DNA of 64,000 bases from a bacterium (lineage in GTDB: Bacteria > Zhuqueibacterota > Zhuqueibacteria > Residuimicrobiales > Krinioviventaceae): assembly GCA_963674595.2 (NCBI GenBank), contig CAXXFV010000015.1:1-64000 (forward strand), read 5' to 3'. The notes under the pieces are model-generated. The model had not been told where the DNA came from, did no database searches, and was given only the letters and a program-made list of their open reading frames with translations. Of the stretch, positions 41,037-49,927 are shown piece by piece (positions within the stretch are counted from its first letter, which is position 1; every line of letters begins with the position of its first letter). A program made the position numbers and the translations under genes.

Positions 41037-42392
41037 TTATTTTTGTTCTAAATTTCTTTGATAAAAGAATTCGATGATTGCGGCGAAAAGGGTGATGATT
41101 AACATTGAATCTTTTTGAATAAATTGTGGAGAGGTAATTGATACAAGTAACATGGATATTAGGCAGGCATTCATTGAATTTATGATTATTGTAAAATTAT
41201 TTGTTTTATTTTTTATGGATAAATGAAATCCATGTATTAAAATTGTAAAATAAAATATTAAAAAACTTGCAAGACCCAAAAATCCCAGTTTGAACCACAA
41301 GAATAAATAAGCATTATGAACATACCATGTGGGCATTTCCCGTGGGATAATAGGATTAAAAATATATGTTTTCCCGAGACCATATCCCATAATTGGATTG
41401 TTTTTAACCAATTCCAAAACGGCTTTTGATTCAACAATACGATTTTGGAAAGAAACATCCGTTAGCGCCGTTCCAACGGATGTAAACCGGCTTACAATTG
41501 TTTCAACTAAAATTTCTCCAATGTTACTAAAAAAGAATTGTAGCGAGAAAACTGCAATAAAGCCAATTATAGCAAATTGTAAAAGCAGCTTTTTTTTAAT
41601 GTTTTTATTGGATAGAATATAAATCACAGATAATGCCAAAATTGTAGCAATCCAGTAACCTCTGGTAAATGTTAAAAATAATGAAATTCCAAATAATAAT
41701 ATCGATGCGATTGATAGAATTTTTAAGCTCTTTTTATTAAAATAATTAAAAAAACCAACCGATAAGATGACGGAAACAAATAAAAGAGGTTCATTTGCCG
41801 TTTCCCTGCTGGATAAAACTTCCCATGCAAATTTAATGTCAGACATTGCTGTTTTATATAAATAGATATTTTGTATCGAAACAACAAAGCTGATAATAAA
41901 CAATGGTATTAGCAGGAATTGGATGTGTTTTGGTTTGCTGTATGCTTGTAATGGAAAAAATAAAAATAACGTTAGAAATGGGATTAATTCTCTGGTCCAT
42001 TTTAAGAGACTTGATGAATAAATAACGGCTGGAATCACGGAAAAGAAACATGTTGATAAAAAAAACATTAACCAAAATTCTGTTTTGGTCTTGAATAAAA
42101 TTTTATTGTCGGCAAATTTTGTTTGATAAATCCAATTTACTATAATATATATTAAAAGCAGGCCTGTAAAAACTTCAAAAACACTTAATTCTTTTGTTGA
42201 TTTTATAATAAAAACATGACATAAAATTAACAAGTTTATTGCATATAGGATGTTATTTTTAAGAAAAATAAACGTGAGTATGAAAATGGCAAATGCAATT
42301 ATTAAAAAGGGAATTTTGTGTGTTATTACAACAAGTAGTATGTCCAGGAACAGAATTAGTAAAATTTTGTACGCGTTTGTTTTTGTTTCCAA
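41037..42392 (-). CDS. O-antigen polymerase/ligase family (Wzy_C) protein
   Basis: Polytopic; LTFTRGYW, NPIMGYGLG, HNAYL. Confidence 0.85.
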   Translation of the reverse strand: METKTNAYKILLILFLDILLVVITHKIPFLIIAFAIFILTFIFLKNNILYAINLLILCHVFIIKSTKELSVFEVFTGLLLIYIIVNWIYQTKFADNKILFKTKTEFWLMFFLSTCFFSVIPAVIYSSSLLKWTRELIPFLTLFLFFPLQAYSKPKHIQFLLIPLFIISFVVSIQNIYLYKTAMSDIKFAWEVLSSRETANEPLLFVSVILSVGFFNYFNKKSLKILSIASILLFGISLFLTFTRGYWIATILALSVIYILSNKNIKKKLLLQFAIIGFIAVFSLQFFFSNIGEILVETIVSRFTSVGTALTDVSFQNRIVESKAVLELVKNNPIMGYGLGKTYIFNPIIPREMPTWYVHNAYLFLWFKLGFLGLASFLIFYFTILIHGFHLSIKNKTNNFTIIINSMNACLISMLLVSITSPQFIQKDSMLIITLFAAIIEFFYQRNLEQK

Positions 42393-42411
42393 TAGAGCGC
42401 TCTAATGTTTT

Positions 42412-43626
42412 TTAATTATGGTGAGGTCTTTTAATTTCTCTTAAAATTTTATCAAGTTTAATTTTATAAGAGTTGTTTGTGTTATAGTTGACAAGATATT
42501 CGTAAAAAAGTGCTATTACAAAAAATACTAATAAATATGACATCATACATACAATTACAAATATAGAACGCCTTGGTTTTGATTTTTTAAGAGGTACTTT
42601 AGCTTCATCCAAAATTTGCACTGTTGGGCTGTCTTTTGCTTCCTGAAGTTTAGCTTGTTCAAATTGCGGCAGGATGAACTCCATGATTTTTTCCTGGATT
42701 TTAACTTCTCTATAGAGCCGCAGGTAATTTAATCCCAAATCCGGTAAATCATTTAAAGGCAAGAGAAGTTGTTCTTTATCGGATGATTTTTCGCTTCCTG
42801 ATTTGAGCATAGTCAGTTTGTTTTTCAGTTCTTTAATTTCATAATCAAGTTTTTTTACTTCGTTGTGGGTACGGTCTGTATAGTTTAACAAAACACCGAG
42901 TTCGATTTCTTTGGCAATAATTTGTGCTTTTAATTCGGATATGACTTCAATTGTCGCTTGTGTTTGTTCCGGTACGGCGATAACACTATGCTCTTGTTGA
43001 TATTGTTTAAGTTTATCTTCAGCATCTTTTAAAGATGCCAGGTTTTCATTATATCTTTTTTCAATAAAAATTCGTGTATTTTTTGCTTTGCTTGTTTTAA
43101 TGCTTTTATGTGTTTCATCCAACTGCAAGAGTACATAGTCACAAATTTCTTTTGAGAGCAATTTGGTGCTGTTTTTTTCTTCTTTTGAAGGCAGGAATTT
43201 TGTTTTAACGTCAATAGTAATGGTCAAGGTTCCTTCTTCATTTACAATCACATTAATACGTTTTGCTAAAATTGCAATTGTAGATTCTATGTCGCCTGTT
43301 TGGTATCTTTCCTGCAAGTTAAATTTTATTGCTACCTTTTCAAGCAGGTTTCTGCTTTTTAAAATGGCAAGAAAAAGGTTTGCTTCCTCGGAAATGTCGG
43401 ATGATATTAATCCACCAACATTCAAATCACTTAAAAATGATGATAGACCTAATCCACCTTCCTCTTTTGGAGATAATATAGTTGCTTTTGAAGTATACCA
43501 AACCGGAATTATCAGAGAAAAGGCTGCGGATAATAACATAATAATAATGAGATTTATTATTAAAAGTTTACGCCATTTTACTATTCTGTAAATAATATCC
43601 AAAAAATCCATTTTACTTGTTTGCAT
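42412..43626 (-). CDS. Wzz/GumC-like polysaccharide chain-length determinant (no kinase domain)
   Basis: N- and C-terminal TM helices around a coiled coil; ILKSR, VQILDEAKVPLKKSKPRR. Confidence 0.85.
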   Translation of the reverse strand: MQTSKMDFLDIIYRIVKWRKLLIINLIIIMLLSAAFSLIIPVWYTSKATILSPKEEGGLGLSSFLSDLNVGGLISSDISEEANLFLAILKSRNLLEKVAIKFNLQERYQTGDIESTIAILAKRINVIVNEEGTLTITIDVKTKFLPSKEEKNSTKLLSKEICDYVLLQLDETHKSIKTSKAKNTRIFIEKRYNENLASLKDAEDKLKQYQQEHSVIAVPEQTQATIEVISELKAQIIAKEIELGVLLNYTDRTHNEVKKLDYEIKELKNKLTMLKSGSEKSSDKEQLLLPLNDLPDLGLNYLRLYREVKIQEKIMEFILPQFEQAKLQEAKDSPTVQILDEAKVPLKKSKPRRSIFVIVCMMSYLLVFFVIALFYEYLVNYNTNNSYKIKLDKILREIKRPHHN

Positions 43627-43647
43627 GATTTACCTGTAAATTTTTAT

Positions 43648-45552
43648 TTATTTTTTTGTCATTTTAACTAAATAGTAACCCAAGCCTGCGAAAACAGCAA
43701 GTGATAAAAGCTGGTCGGCAGGGTGCGGCAGGTGAAAGCCAATGCCTTCAGGTAACCGACCTGCTATAAATGCAAATCCGGCGATTAATACGCCCATCAG
43801 GCCTTCTCCGGCAATCAGGCCGGAACCAAGCAGCATGCCCTGTTCTTTGCGCTTTTCAAGTTGTTCTGTATTATTTTTAGCGCCTTTTTCTACAAAATAT
43901 CGAATACAACCGCCGACAAAGACGGGAGTCATTGTAGAAAGGGGCAGATAAATTCCTACGGCAAATGGAAGCGATGGTGTTCCGAGCAGTTCGGCAACTC
44001 CGGCAAATGCAGCACCAATGAGTACGAGGCCCCACGGCAGATCAGCCTGTAAAACACCTTCTATAACTGTTTTCATCAATGTTGCCTGCGGTGCTGCCAG
44101 ATTGGCTGAGCCAAAGGTAAAGGCTTTTCCCAATAACAGCACAGCCGCTGCGATAAAAAAGGATGATGTTACGGCGCCTATAATTTCAGCGATTTGTTGT
44201 TTTCTGGGCGTTGTTCCAATAATATATCCGGATTTAAGATCCTGGGAAATATCGCCGGCAATTGAGGCCGCAACACAAACAACAGTTCCTACCGTCAAAG
44301 CTGCTGCTTTGCCGAAATCATCTGTCCAGCCGAGTGCATAAAAAACAAGACTGGTACCGATTAGTGTAACGATTGTCATACCCGATGTCGGGTTAGATGA
44401 AACACCAACCATACCAACGATTCGTGAAGAAACAGTAACAAACATAAAAGCAAAAATTGTTATACAAACAGCCCCGATCAGGCGTGTTAGAAAACCTGAT
44501 GATACTCCTAAAACGTGGGGTGTTAAAATGATAATCAGAGAAACAAGCAGAACACCGGCAAAAACGATAGACATTGGCAAGTCTCTGTCTGTCCGAATAT
44601 CCTCTTTAACAGCCGTACTTGACTTTGCACGTAGTTCCTGTAAACCGATTTTAAGTGAATTGTACATGGTTGGAATGGATTTTATAACGGTAATAATACC
44701 GGCAAAAGCAACCGCACCAGCTCCAATAAATTTGACATATTGTCTCCATATTTCATGGGCTGTCATTTCGGAAATTGGAATGGTGGTTTCGGGTAATAAC
44801 GGCATTGTTAAACCTCTGCCGAACAGATCAATAAGAGGAATGATTCCCAACCAGGATAGTATTCCTCCGGCAACCATTATTGCTGATATTCGATAACCCA
44901 AAATATATCCGACACCCAACAGTGCCGGGCCGGCTTCCAGGCCGACTTCTGCTTTTCGTAAAACCGGAATTTTAAGGCTGATGTTTTCCGGCCACAGATG
45001 TAAAAAACCGGTCATGGCTTTATAGGCTGCGCCTATACCCAGTCCCAGAAATACGTTTTTTGCCTTGCTGCCTCCTGCGTCTGATGCAATGAGTACCTGG
45101 GCGGCGGCAGTCCCTTCCGGATATGGAAGTGTTTGATGCTCTTTTACAATTAAAAAACGCCTTAATGGGATCATAAACAAAACACCCAAAACACCGCCAA
45201 GCATGGCAAGAACACCTATTTGTATAAGAGAAGGGCTGTAACCCCATAAAAATAAGGCGGGAATTGTGAATATTATACCGGATGCCAATGAGGAACTGGC
45301 GGAGCCGGTTGTTTGAGCTATGTTGTGTTCCACAATGGTTGAATGACCTAATAATGGCTTTAATAGTTTGAAAAAGGCGACGGAAACAACAGCTAATGGG
45401 ATGGCCGTGCTTATGGTGAGCCCAACACGTAAGCCGAGGTATGCATTGGCAGAGCCAAAAATAATTCCGAATAAAATACCGGCCAAAACGGCTTTTAAAG
45501 TAAAATCATTTAAATTTTTTTCTGCAGGAATGTAAGGTTTATGTACAGACAT
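43648..45552 (-). CDS. OPT-family oligopeptide transporter
   Basis: NAYLGLRVGLT, LPYPEGTA, SSNPTSGMT, QDLKSG, APQATLM, SGLIAGE; start reassigned to ATG 45552. Confidence 0.93.
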   Translation of the reverse strand: MSVHKPYIPAEKNLNDFTLKAVLAGILFGIIFGSANAYLGLRVGLTISTAIPLAVVSVAFFKLLKPLLGHSTIVEHNIAQTTGSASSSLASGIIFTIPALFLWGYSPSLIQIGVLAMLGGVLGVLFMIPLRRFLIVKEHQTLPYPEGTAAAQVLIASDAGGSKAKNVFLGLGIGAAYKAMTGFLHLWPENISLKIPVLRKAEVGLEAGPALLGVGYILGYRISAIMVAGGILSWLGIIPLIDLFGRGLTMPLLPETTIPISEMTAHEIWRQYVKFIGAGAVAFAGIITVIKSIPTMYNSLKIGLQELRAKSSTAVKEDIRTDRDLPMSIVFAGVLLVSLIIILTPHVLGVSSGFLTRLIGAVCITIFAFMFVTVSSRIVGMVGVSSNPTSGMTIVTLIGTSLVFYALGWTDDFGKAAALTVGTVVCVAASIAGDISQDLKSGYIIGTTPRKQQIAEIIGAVTSSFFIAAAVLLLGKAFTFGSANLAAPQATLMKTVIEGVLQADLPWGLVLIGAAFAGVAELLGTPSLPFAVGIYLPLSTMTPVFVGGCIRYFVEKGAKNNTEQLEKRKEQGMLLGSGLIAGEGLMGVLIAGFAFIAGRLPEGIGFHLPHPADQLLSLAVFAGLGYYLVKMTKK

Positions 45553-45604
45553 ATAAAACTGCCTTTCATTTTTTCCCGTGTGTCTTTTTATACAAAAGCG
45601 GATC

Positions 45605-45707
45605 AATTTAAGGATTTTAGGTGCACTAATCAAGTAACTTTTATACGTTTGGCGGTGAATTGGAATTGGATATTTTAATTGCTTTTTATAGAATTTAAGG
45701 CTATATT
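45605..45707. promoter_or_regulatory. Divergent sigma70-type promoters (OPT and yggS operon)
   Basis: Minus strand TTGATT-N17-TAAATT (45633-45605); plus strand TTGCTT-N17-TATATT (45679-45707). Confidence 0.5.
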
Positions 45708-45729
45708 TTATGTTCAAAATATTCAAGAT

Positions 45730-46416
45730 ATGCATATAAAAGATAATTTAAAATATTTGCAGGATCGGATTGAAACCACCTGTCACAAAACCGGGCGAAA
45801 CAGTTCGGATGTTGAGATAGTTGCTGTAACAAAAACTGTTGGATATGATCTTGTTCAGGAAACAATATCTTCCGGTATAAAAATTATCGGCGAAAACCGT
45901 GTTCAGGAAGCCTGGGATAAATACCAAAAAGTCGAATTGCCTGCTTCCTGGCATTTGATCGGTCATTTACAAAAGAATAAAGTGAAACGGGCTTTGGAAT
46001 TTTTTAATGTTATCCAGTCTGTTGATTCTTTGGAACTTGCTCTTGAAATAAATCGGCGTGCTGAACAAAAAGGGCAAATTGTGGAGGTATTTGTTCAGGT
46101 CAATACTTCGGATGAGGACTCAAAATTTGGAGTTACACCGGAAATTGCTGTTGATTTTTGTTGTCAGGTTGCTGAATTAAAGCAGATCAATGTAACCGGA
46201 TTAATGACCATCGGTGCATTTTTACCTGACCCTGAAGATGTTCGTCCCTGTTTTAAAAAATTATATGGAATTTTTGAAAAGGTAAATGCATTAAAACAAG
46301 AATCTTTGCACCTTGATCATTTATCTATGGGAATGACAAATGATTATCAGACAGCTATTGAGGAAGGTGCTACGCTGGTTCGAATTGGACGCGCGATTTA
46401 TGGTGAACGTTTATAA
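45730..46416 (+). CDS. yggS: PLP homeostasis protein YggS
   Basis: VAVTKT, GENRVQE, WHLIGHLQKNK, GLMTIG, LSMGMTND, VRIGRAIYG. Confidence 0.95.
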   Translation: MHIKDNLKYLQDRIETTCHKTGRNSSDVEIVAVTKTVGYDLVQETISSGIKIIGENRVQEAWDKYQKVELPASWHLIGHLQKNKVKRALEFFNVIQSVDSLELALEINRRAEQKGQIVEVFVQVNTSDEDSKFGVTPEIAVDFCCQVAELKQINVTGLMTIGAFLPDPEDVRPCFKKLYGIFEKVNALKQESLHLDHLSMGMTNDYQTAIEEGATLVRIGRAIYGERL

Positions 46417-46430
46417 ATTAGAGTTGAATT

Positions 46431-46721
46431 ATGTTTGTTTTTAAAAATTTATTTCTTGCTTTGGCTAATGTGTTGCATATTGGTTTAACACTTTATATGT
46501 ATATAGTTATTGCTCGTGCTGTCGTATCATGGTTTAATCCAAATCCTTATGGAGCGCTGATGCAGCTTCTAATTCGGGTAACTGAACCGCCATTGGCTTT
46601 TATCCGGCGCTTTATCCCTAATTTTGCTGGATTAGACTTGTCACCGGTTATTCTCATTTTTGCTATCATTTTTGTTGATAACTTTATCGTTGCAACACTG
46701 CGTCAATTGGCACTAAGTTAA
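46431..46721 (+). CDS. yggT: YggT-family membrane protein
   Basis: SWFNPNPY, TEPPLAFIRRFIP, DLSP. Confidence 0.93.
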   Translation: MFVFKNLFLALANVLHIGLTLYMYIVIARAVVSWFNPNPYGALMQLLIRVTEPPLAFIRRFIPNFAGLDLSPVILIFAIIFVDNFIVATLRQLALS

Positions 46722-46755
46722 ATGTAATATGAGAAGTTAAACTTGGAGTGATATA

Positions 46756-47439
46756 GTGAAATTAACACCTTTAGACATACGGAAACAGGAATTTAAAAAA
46801 GCAATGCGCGGGTACGATCCTGATGAGGTAGAGGCTTTTTTAGGCATGATTGCCGATGAAATGGAAATGTTGATTCGGGAAAAAACGCATTTGAATGATG
46901 AAGGCATCAAACTTCGCACTCAGTTAAAGGACTATCAACAGGTTGAGCAGACATTAAGAGAAACGTTGATGAGTGCTCAGAACACGGTTGAGGAATCTCG
47001 CGTTAATTCCCGAAGAGAAGCTGAAATAATCATTCATGAAGCTGAATTACAAGCTGAAAACATTATCAAAGAAGCCCGTGAAGAACTGCTGGCGTTGAGG
47101 CATGAAGTTAGTTTGGTAAAAGCGCAAAAAGTATCTTTTGCAAAGAGATTACGGCATCTGTTACAGTCTCAAATTGATTTGTTGCAGGTTCTGGAGGAAG
47201 ATGATAATTATCCGGCGCAGGGTAATTCAAAAAATCGTCAGGCCGTTTCATCTGATGCTAAAAAATCAAGTTCGCAAATGTCAATAGAAGACCAGTTTCA
47301 ATATTCCGATTCTGAGCCGAAAATAATTCGTGGTCAGCAAACATTTGACGAACCGGCATCTCCAAATCAAAACAAGCCAAAACCTGAAACCAATCAGGAA
47401 GGTGAGGATGAAAATTTGGATGACCAGTTTATTTTTTAA
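46756..47439 (+). CDS. divIVA: DivIVA-domain protein
   Basis: LTPLDIRKQEFKKAMRGYDPDEVEAFL followed by a coiled coil. Confidence 0.92.
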   Translation: MKLTPLDIRKQEFKKAMRGYDPDEVEAFLGMIADEMEMLIREKTHLNDEGIKLRTQLKDYQQVEQTLRETLMSAQNTVEESRVNSRREAEIIIHEAELQAENIIKEAREELLALRHEVSLVKAQKVSFAKRLRHLLQSQIDLLQVLEEDDNYPAQGNSKNRQAVSSDAKKSSSQMSIEDQFQYSDSEPKIIRGQQTFDEPASPNQNKPKPETNQEGEDENLDDQFIF

Positions 47440-47515
47440 TTAGTTTAAACATCACGTTGCTCAGAGCGATGTAATCAGAAAATTACCGAGTTATGGTGGT
47501 GAGGAAGTTGTGATT

Positions 47516-48199
47516 ATGAAAAAAATTTACGTTTTATTATTGTTCTTTGTTGGTTTTGGTTGCAGTAGTCATCAGGTTGTTTTAAATAGGGATACTCTTG
47601 TTAAGGGACAAAAAGTACAGATTACTTTAAATAACGGTAATAAAGTAAACGGTACGGTAAGAAAGATTGATGATGAGAATTTGTATATTACCGACAAGAC
47701 AGATAAAACCTGGAAAGCTAATAAATCAGGTATTTCTTTGGTTAAAGGTCCCGAACCTGTTTTCGATAATCAAAAAAGGCTTGTTACTGAAGATGAAATT
47801 TCAGAAGCAAAAAAGAGCTCAAATACCAAACTCTATCTGATTAGCGGCAGTGCATTATCTTTGGGCGCTTCTTTTTTTCTAAGCAGTATGGTTTCCCGTA
47901 ACGTGGATGAAGATTCAAAAGATGCTATTATATATTCCGGATCTGCAATTGGTACCCTTTTTGGAGGTTATTTTTTCACAAAAATGGGTATGAAAAAAGA
48001 CCGGGAAAAAGCAATAAATGATATTATCTCTGCCAGAGCATCGGATCCTTCACACGGACTCAGTGAAGAAAAGCTGAAAAGACTGGAAGTGGATGAAGAG
48101 ATTAAGCGACTCAAGGAAGAGAGAATGCGACAAAACGCTGAACTTGAGGCGCTTAAAAAGCAAATTGAAGCAAAGAAAAAAAAGGAAAAACCTGAATAA
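47516..48199 (+). CDS. Hypothetical lipoprotein (Sm-like N-terminal region, two hydrophobic segments, C-terminal coiled coil)
   Basis: Lipobox FGC; KVQITLNNGNKVNGTV; charged helical tail. Confidence 0.7.
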   Translation: MKKIYVLLLFFVGFGCSSHQVVLNRDTLVKGQKVQITLNNGNKVNGTVRKIDDENLYITDKTDKTWKANKSGISLVKGPEPVFDNQKRLVTEDEISEAKKSSNTKLYLISGSALSLGASFFLSSMVSRNVDEDSKDAIIYSGSAIGTLFGGYFFTKMGMKKDREKAINDIISARASDPSHGLSEEKLKRLEVDEEIKRLKEERMRQNAELEALKKQIEAKKKKEKPE

Positions 48200-48209
48200 T
48201 AAGGATAAC

Positions 48210-49031
48210 ATGACCCTTAAAGATTGTGTCGTACAATCTGCTGATTTTATTAAGGAGAATACTCCACAGTCCGGTGATGTTGGCATTATTTTGGGAACCG
48301 GCTTGGGCTCTTTGGCCGACGATGTGGATGAACGTCATGTGCTGTCCTATGAAAATATACCGCATTTCCCCAAATCTACGGTCCGGTTTCATGCCGGTCA
48401 ACTGGTTACGGGAAAATTGAGTTCGCGGCAGGTAATGGTCATGCAGGGACGGTTTCACTATTATGAAGGTTATCCAATGCAGGATATTACCTTACCTGTT
48501 CGTGTTATGTATCAGTTAGGTATTCGAACACTCGTTATCACAAATGCAGCCGGTAGTATTCGTGAAAAATATCCGCCGGGTACATTGGCGTTAATTATGG
48601 ACCACATAAATTTAATGGGAGGTAACCCGTTAATCGGTACATACGACGAGTTTTTGGGCGAACGTTTTCCGGATATGACGGAACCTTATGATAATGGCTT
48701 GAGAGCTTTGGCGAAAAAATCAGCAAAATCTTTAAATCTCGAATTGGAAGAGACGGTTTATGCTGCCATTAGTGGTCCCTCTTTTGAAACCAATGCCGAG
48801 GTGAAAATGCTGCGAATGTTTGATGTTGATACTGTTGGTATGTCTGTTGTCCCTGAAGTTTTGGTAGCACGTCAACTCGGTATGCGTGTATTGGCGTTAT
48901 CTGTTATTACAGACCAATCGATTCCCGGACAAATGGAAGCCATTAGTCATATACAAGTCGCTCAGGTTGCAAATGAAAAGAGTGATGATTTTAAAAATTT
49001 GATCAAGGCTGTAATAAAACAAATGAATTGA
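48210..49031 (+). CDS. punA: Purine-nucleoside phosphorylase (trimeric type)
   Basis: GIILGTGLG, QGRFHYYEGY, TNAAG, GPSFET, VGMSVVPEV. Confidence 0.92.
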   Translation: MTLKDCVVQSADFIKENTPQSGDVGIILGTGLGSLADDVDERHVLSYENIPHFPKSTVRFHAGQLVTGKLSSRQVMVMQGRFHYYEGYPMQDITLPVRVMYQLGIRTLVITNAAGSIREKYPPGTLALIMDHINLMGGNPLIGTYDEFLGERFPDMTEPYDNGLRALAKKSAKSLNLELEETVYAAISGPSFETNAEVKMLRMFDVDTVGMSVVPEVLVARQLGMRVLALSVITDQSIPGQMEAISHIQVAQVANEKSDDFKNLIKAVIKQMN

Positions 49032-49045
49032 GAGGTATATTGGTT

Positions 49046-49909
49046 ATGTCGCGTATTGGAGTGATTGGCGGAACCGGACTTTATCAAATTGATGGAATGA
49101 CAAATATTAAGGAAATTTCAGTTGAAACACCTTTTGGCCAACCATCAGATGTTTTTATGTCTGGTGAACTGGATGGTAGAGAAATCGTATTTTTGGCACG
49201 GCATGGTCGTGGTCACAAAATATCGCCGACCGAACTGAATCATCGTGCAAATATTTATGCGATGAAAACCTTGGGTGTTAACTGGATTATTTCAATTTCT
49301 GCCGTTGGCTCTTTACGCCCTGATTTTGAACCACTTGACATTATTTTAGTGGACCAGTTTTTTGACCGTACGAATCAGGCCCGTCCTAATACCTTTTTTG
49401 GAAATGGTATTGTTGCCCATTTAGCCTTTGCCGAACCGCTTTGTCCGAATGTGCGAAAAATTATTTTTGATGCCGGAAAAGAGATGGGACTCAAAGTAAA
49501 ATGGAACGGAACTTATCTGAATATGGAAGGCCCCCAGTTTTCTACATTGGCTGAATCTCAAACATATCGTAAATGGGGTATGGATGTGGTTGGAATGACA
49601 CAGATGAGTGAGGCCCGGTTGGCGCGTGAGGCGGAAATTTGTTACGCAACTGTTGCCATGGTTACAGACTATGATTGCTGGTATGAAGCAGAAACCGGAT
49701 CAACAGTTTCTGTTGAAATGATTATTGAGAATTTGCATAAAAATACAGACAATGCCCGGAAATTAATTCAGGAAACCATTAAAAGATTACCGGAAAAACA
49801 AAGCTGCCAATGTGAAAATGCTTTGGCCGGCGCAATTGTTACAGACAGGTCCGCTTGGCCAAATGAAACAATTGAAAAGTTGAAACCTATTATTGAAAAG
49901 TATGTGTAA
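49046..49909 (+). CDS. mtnP: S-methyl-5'-thioadenosine phosphorylase
   Basis: IGVIGGTG, RHGRGH, EGPQFST, VTDYDCW. Confidence 0.94.
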   Translation: MSRIGVIGGTGLYQIDGMTNIKEISVETPFGQPSDVFMSGELDGREIVFLARHGRGHKISPTELNHRANIYAMKTLGVNWIISISAVGSLRPDFEPLDIILVDQFFDRTNQARPNTFFGNGIVAHLAFAEPLCPNVRKIIFDAGKEMGLKVKWNGTYLNMEGPQFSTLAESQTYRKWGMDVVGMTQMSEARLAREAEICYATVAMVTDYDCWYEAETGSTVSVEMIIENLHKNTDNARKLIQETIKRLPEKQSCQCENALAGAIVTDRSAWPNETIEKLKPIIEKYV

Positions 49910-49927
49910 AACAGGATAGAAAGAGTT

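Noticed and set aside
45553-45735. 61-aa N-terminal extension of the OPT ORF, and extended starts of yggS, punA and mtnP
   Set aside because: They overlap divergent promoters or neighbouring genes; family homology begins at the downstream ATGs.
49910-49927. T-box leader for ileS or serS; PyrR attenuator for pyrF/pyrE
   Set aside because: The intergenic gaps are too short, and no T-box or attenuator motif is present.
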